A stretch of DNA of 64,000 nt from Candidatus Omnitrophota bacterium (GTDB taxonomy: Bacteria; Omnitrophota; Gorgyraeia; Duberdicusellales; 4484-171): assembly GCA_043815185.1 (NCBI GenBank), contig JBDRJF010000002.1, positions 9,828-73,827 on the forward strand. Reading direction: 5' to 3'. This document shows positions 62,538 to 64,000 of this stretch, one piece after another; the first letter of the stretch is position 1; every line of letters starts with the position of its first letter. The translations under genes and the position numbers were made by a program. Under the pieces are notes generated by a model that was not told the origin of the DNA, did no database searches, and saw only the letters and a list, made by a program, of their open reading frames with translations.

Positions 62538-64000
62538 ATGCCTGAGAGTAATGATGTTCAATGCTTTGAATCTCCCCAAGTCGTTGTAGTTGAAGCTTCT
62601 GCCGGTTCGGGGAAGACCTATTGTTTAACCAAAAGATACCTGCAGCTACTTATAAATCCCCGTCTAAAATTGAATCAAATTCCCTTGCGAAATATCCTTG
62701 CCATCACTTTTACTAAAAAAGCTACCCTCGAGATGAAGGAGAGAATTTTGGAGTTTTTAAAAAGGATTGCTCTTGATGCTTTTTCCAACAAACAGGAAGA
62801 AGAAGATATTTTACAATCACTTGGTTTAGAGAAGGACTTTGCTCAGAATAAGGCTAAGCTGATTATGGATGAGATTATTAAACATTACAACTTTTTTCAG
62901 GTTCAAACTATCGATAGTTTTATTAACGCTCTTCTTTCGGGATGTTCCTTAAATATTGACCGCTCAGCGAGTTTTAAAATAAAGCGGGATTATTCTCAGC
63001 AGCTTTGCTTTTGTCTGGATTTAGTAATTGAGCAGGCAAGAGATAAGGCAGAAGTATTGAGGGTGTTAGAGGAGTTTTTACAGCACTATCTCTTTGTGGG
63101 TAAAAGAGGTGGCTGGTTCCCCAAAGAGGATATTTTAAAATTATTACAGTTTTTATTCAAATTGAGCAACAAGTATGGGAAAGTTTTTAGTCCTTTTGAA
63201 GGTGAATCTAAAGATATAATTAAGAAGAAAAAATATATTTTCACTCAAATTAAACAGCTGTCGGAACACTGCCCTTCCGGCATCAACGCCGGGGCAAAAA
63301 AGAATGTTTGTTCTTTTCTCGATAAAAGTGATGCCATCTTTGATATTGCTAACATACCGGCTGCCTTAAAAGATAATATTACTCCGATGAACAAAGATAA
63401 AATTGCCCCCAAAAATTTCACCAAAGAGTGGCAGAAAGTTTATGATTTACTCAAAGAGCTCGTTGAGCTTGACGCCCGTGTCGCTTACAACCCTTATGTA
63501 AAGCTTTGTCAGAGAATCGGTGATTTTTTCCAGCTTCGCTCTAAAAGCGAAGATGTGTTATTTTTAGAGGAGCTTAATCGAAAAGCGCAGCTTCTTTTTG
63601 ATCAGGAAGGCATAACTGTTGCCGAGGTCTACTACCGTCTAGCGACTCGTTTCAGGCATTATCTTATTGATGAGTTTCAAGATACAAGCTTCCTGCAGTG
63701 GCGTAATTTGGAAAGGATGGTTGAGGAAGCACTCTCAAGCGGCGGTTCACTATTTTACGTTGGCGATAAAAAGCAGGCGATATACCGTTTTCGAGGCGGT
63801 GAAGCCGGACTCTTTGATGCCTTAAGAAAAGAATTCATCCACTTTAATGTAAGAAATACTTATTTGACTAAAAACTGGCGTAGCCAAAAAGCCATTGTTG
63901 ACTTTAATAATCAGGTATTCTCAAGAGTAAATCTCAAGAAAACACTTGCCCTTGCCGGCATTACCCAAGAGTTAGGAGAAAGCGAAAAGGATATCGATGA
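62538..64000 (+). CDS. UvrD/REP superfamily 1 helicase, RecB/AddA-like, 3'-truncated by the window edge
   Basis: Not in the ORF track because there is no stop before the window end. Manual translation from the ATG at 62538 gives Walker A VVVEASAGSGKTYCL, motif II YLIDEFQDTS and motif III YVGDKKQAIYRFRGG, all in one frame. Confidence 0.75.
   Translation, partial: MPESNDVQCFESPQVVVVEASAGSGKTYCLTKRYLQLLINPRLKLNQIPLRNILAITFTKKATLEMKERILEFLKRIALDAFSNKQEEEDILQSLGLEKDFAQNKAKLIMDEIIKHYNFFQVQTIDSFINALLSGCSLNIDRSASFKIKRDYSQQLCFCLDLVIEQARDKAEVLRVLEEFLQHYLFVGKRGGWFPKEDILKLLQFLFKLSNKYGKVFSPFEGESKDIIKKKKYIFTQIKQLSEHCPSGINAGAKKNVCSFLDKSDAIFDIANIPAALKDNITPMNKDKIAPKNFTKEWQKVYDLLKELVELDARVAYNPYVKLCQRIGDFFQLRSKSEDVLFLEELNRKAQLLFDQEGITVAEVYYRLATRFRHYLIDEFQDTSFLQWRNLERMVEEALSSGGSLFYVGDKKQAIYRFRGGEAGLFDALRKEFIHFNVRNTYLTKNWRSQKAIVDFNNQVFSRVNLKKTLALAGITQELGESEKDID

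Overview
This window looks like core chromosome from an AT-rich diderm bacterium. LPS and outer-membrane genes (lptE, lpxB, lpxL-family, msbA, lnt) are present. Lineage cannot be assigned from sequence alone.

I support about 60 protein genes, almost all on the + strand and tightly packed:
- Envelope and secretion: comEC, a BamD-like protein, lptE, murJ, secA, lnt, an lpxL-family gene, lpxB, msbA, lepB, pgsA, plsY.
- Translation: rpsT, prfB, rpsB-tsf-pyrH-frr, lepA, alaS, rplM-rpsI, and a tRNA-Lys/Leu/Gly cluster.
- DNA repair: a short uvrC, ogt, recA-htrA-recX, and a 3'-truncated RecB/AddA-like helicase.
- Metabolism: nrdJ, gpmA, pheA-hisC-aroF-tyrA-cmk, hisD-B-H-A, ribBA-ribH-nusB-PHP-ribD.
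- Regulation: a regulatory-type PTS block, ptsN-yvcK-ptsH-ptsI.

I see no CRISPR array, rRNA, transposase, prophage or recognisable defence system. No single locus stands out as an obviously new multi-gene system.

The features most worth a second look are:
1. A 366-aa LAGLIDADG intein splitting the catalytic NPCGE motif of NrdJ.
2. A 1.2-kb accessory islet between lepA and lepB. It carries a brnT toxin gene killed by one in-frame TAG, an intact brnA, an operator palindrome and a 165-bp element with inverted-repeat ends.
3. A consensus promoter, operator palindrome and mutually exclusive or pseudoknotted helices upstream of recA.
4. A degenerate tRNA-Gly-derived stem-loop in front of ptsN.
5. 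A minimal UvrC ending at a 21-bp tandem duplication.
6. A PHP phosphatase and a nitroreductase embedded in the rib operon.
7. An uncharacterised pair of a TPR/beta-barrel outer-membrane protein and a coiled-coil membrane protein.
8. Recurrent TGn-extended -10 promoters, four of which predict leaderless mRNAs.

All calls come from reading the translations and the DNA by eye. No database search or folding computation was run.
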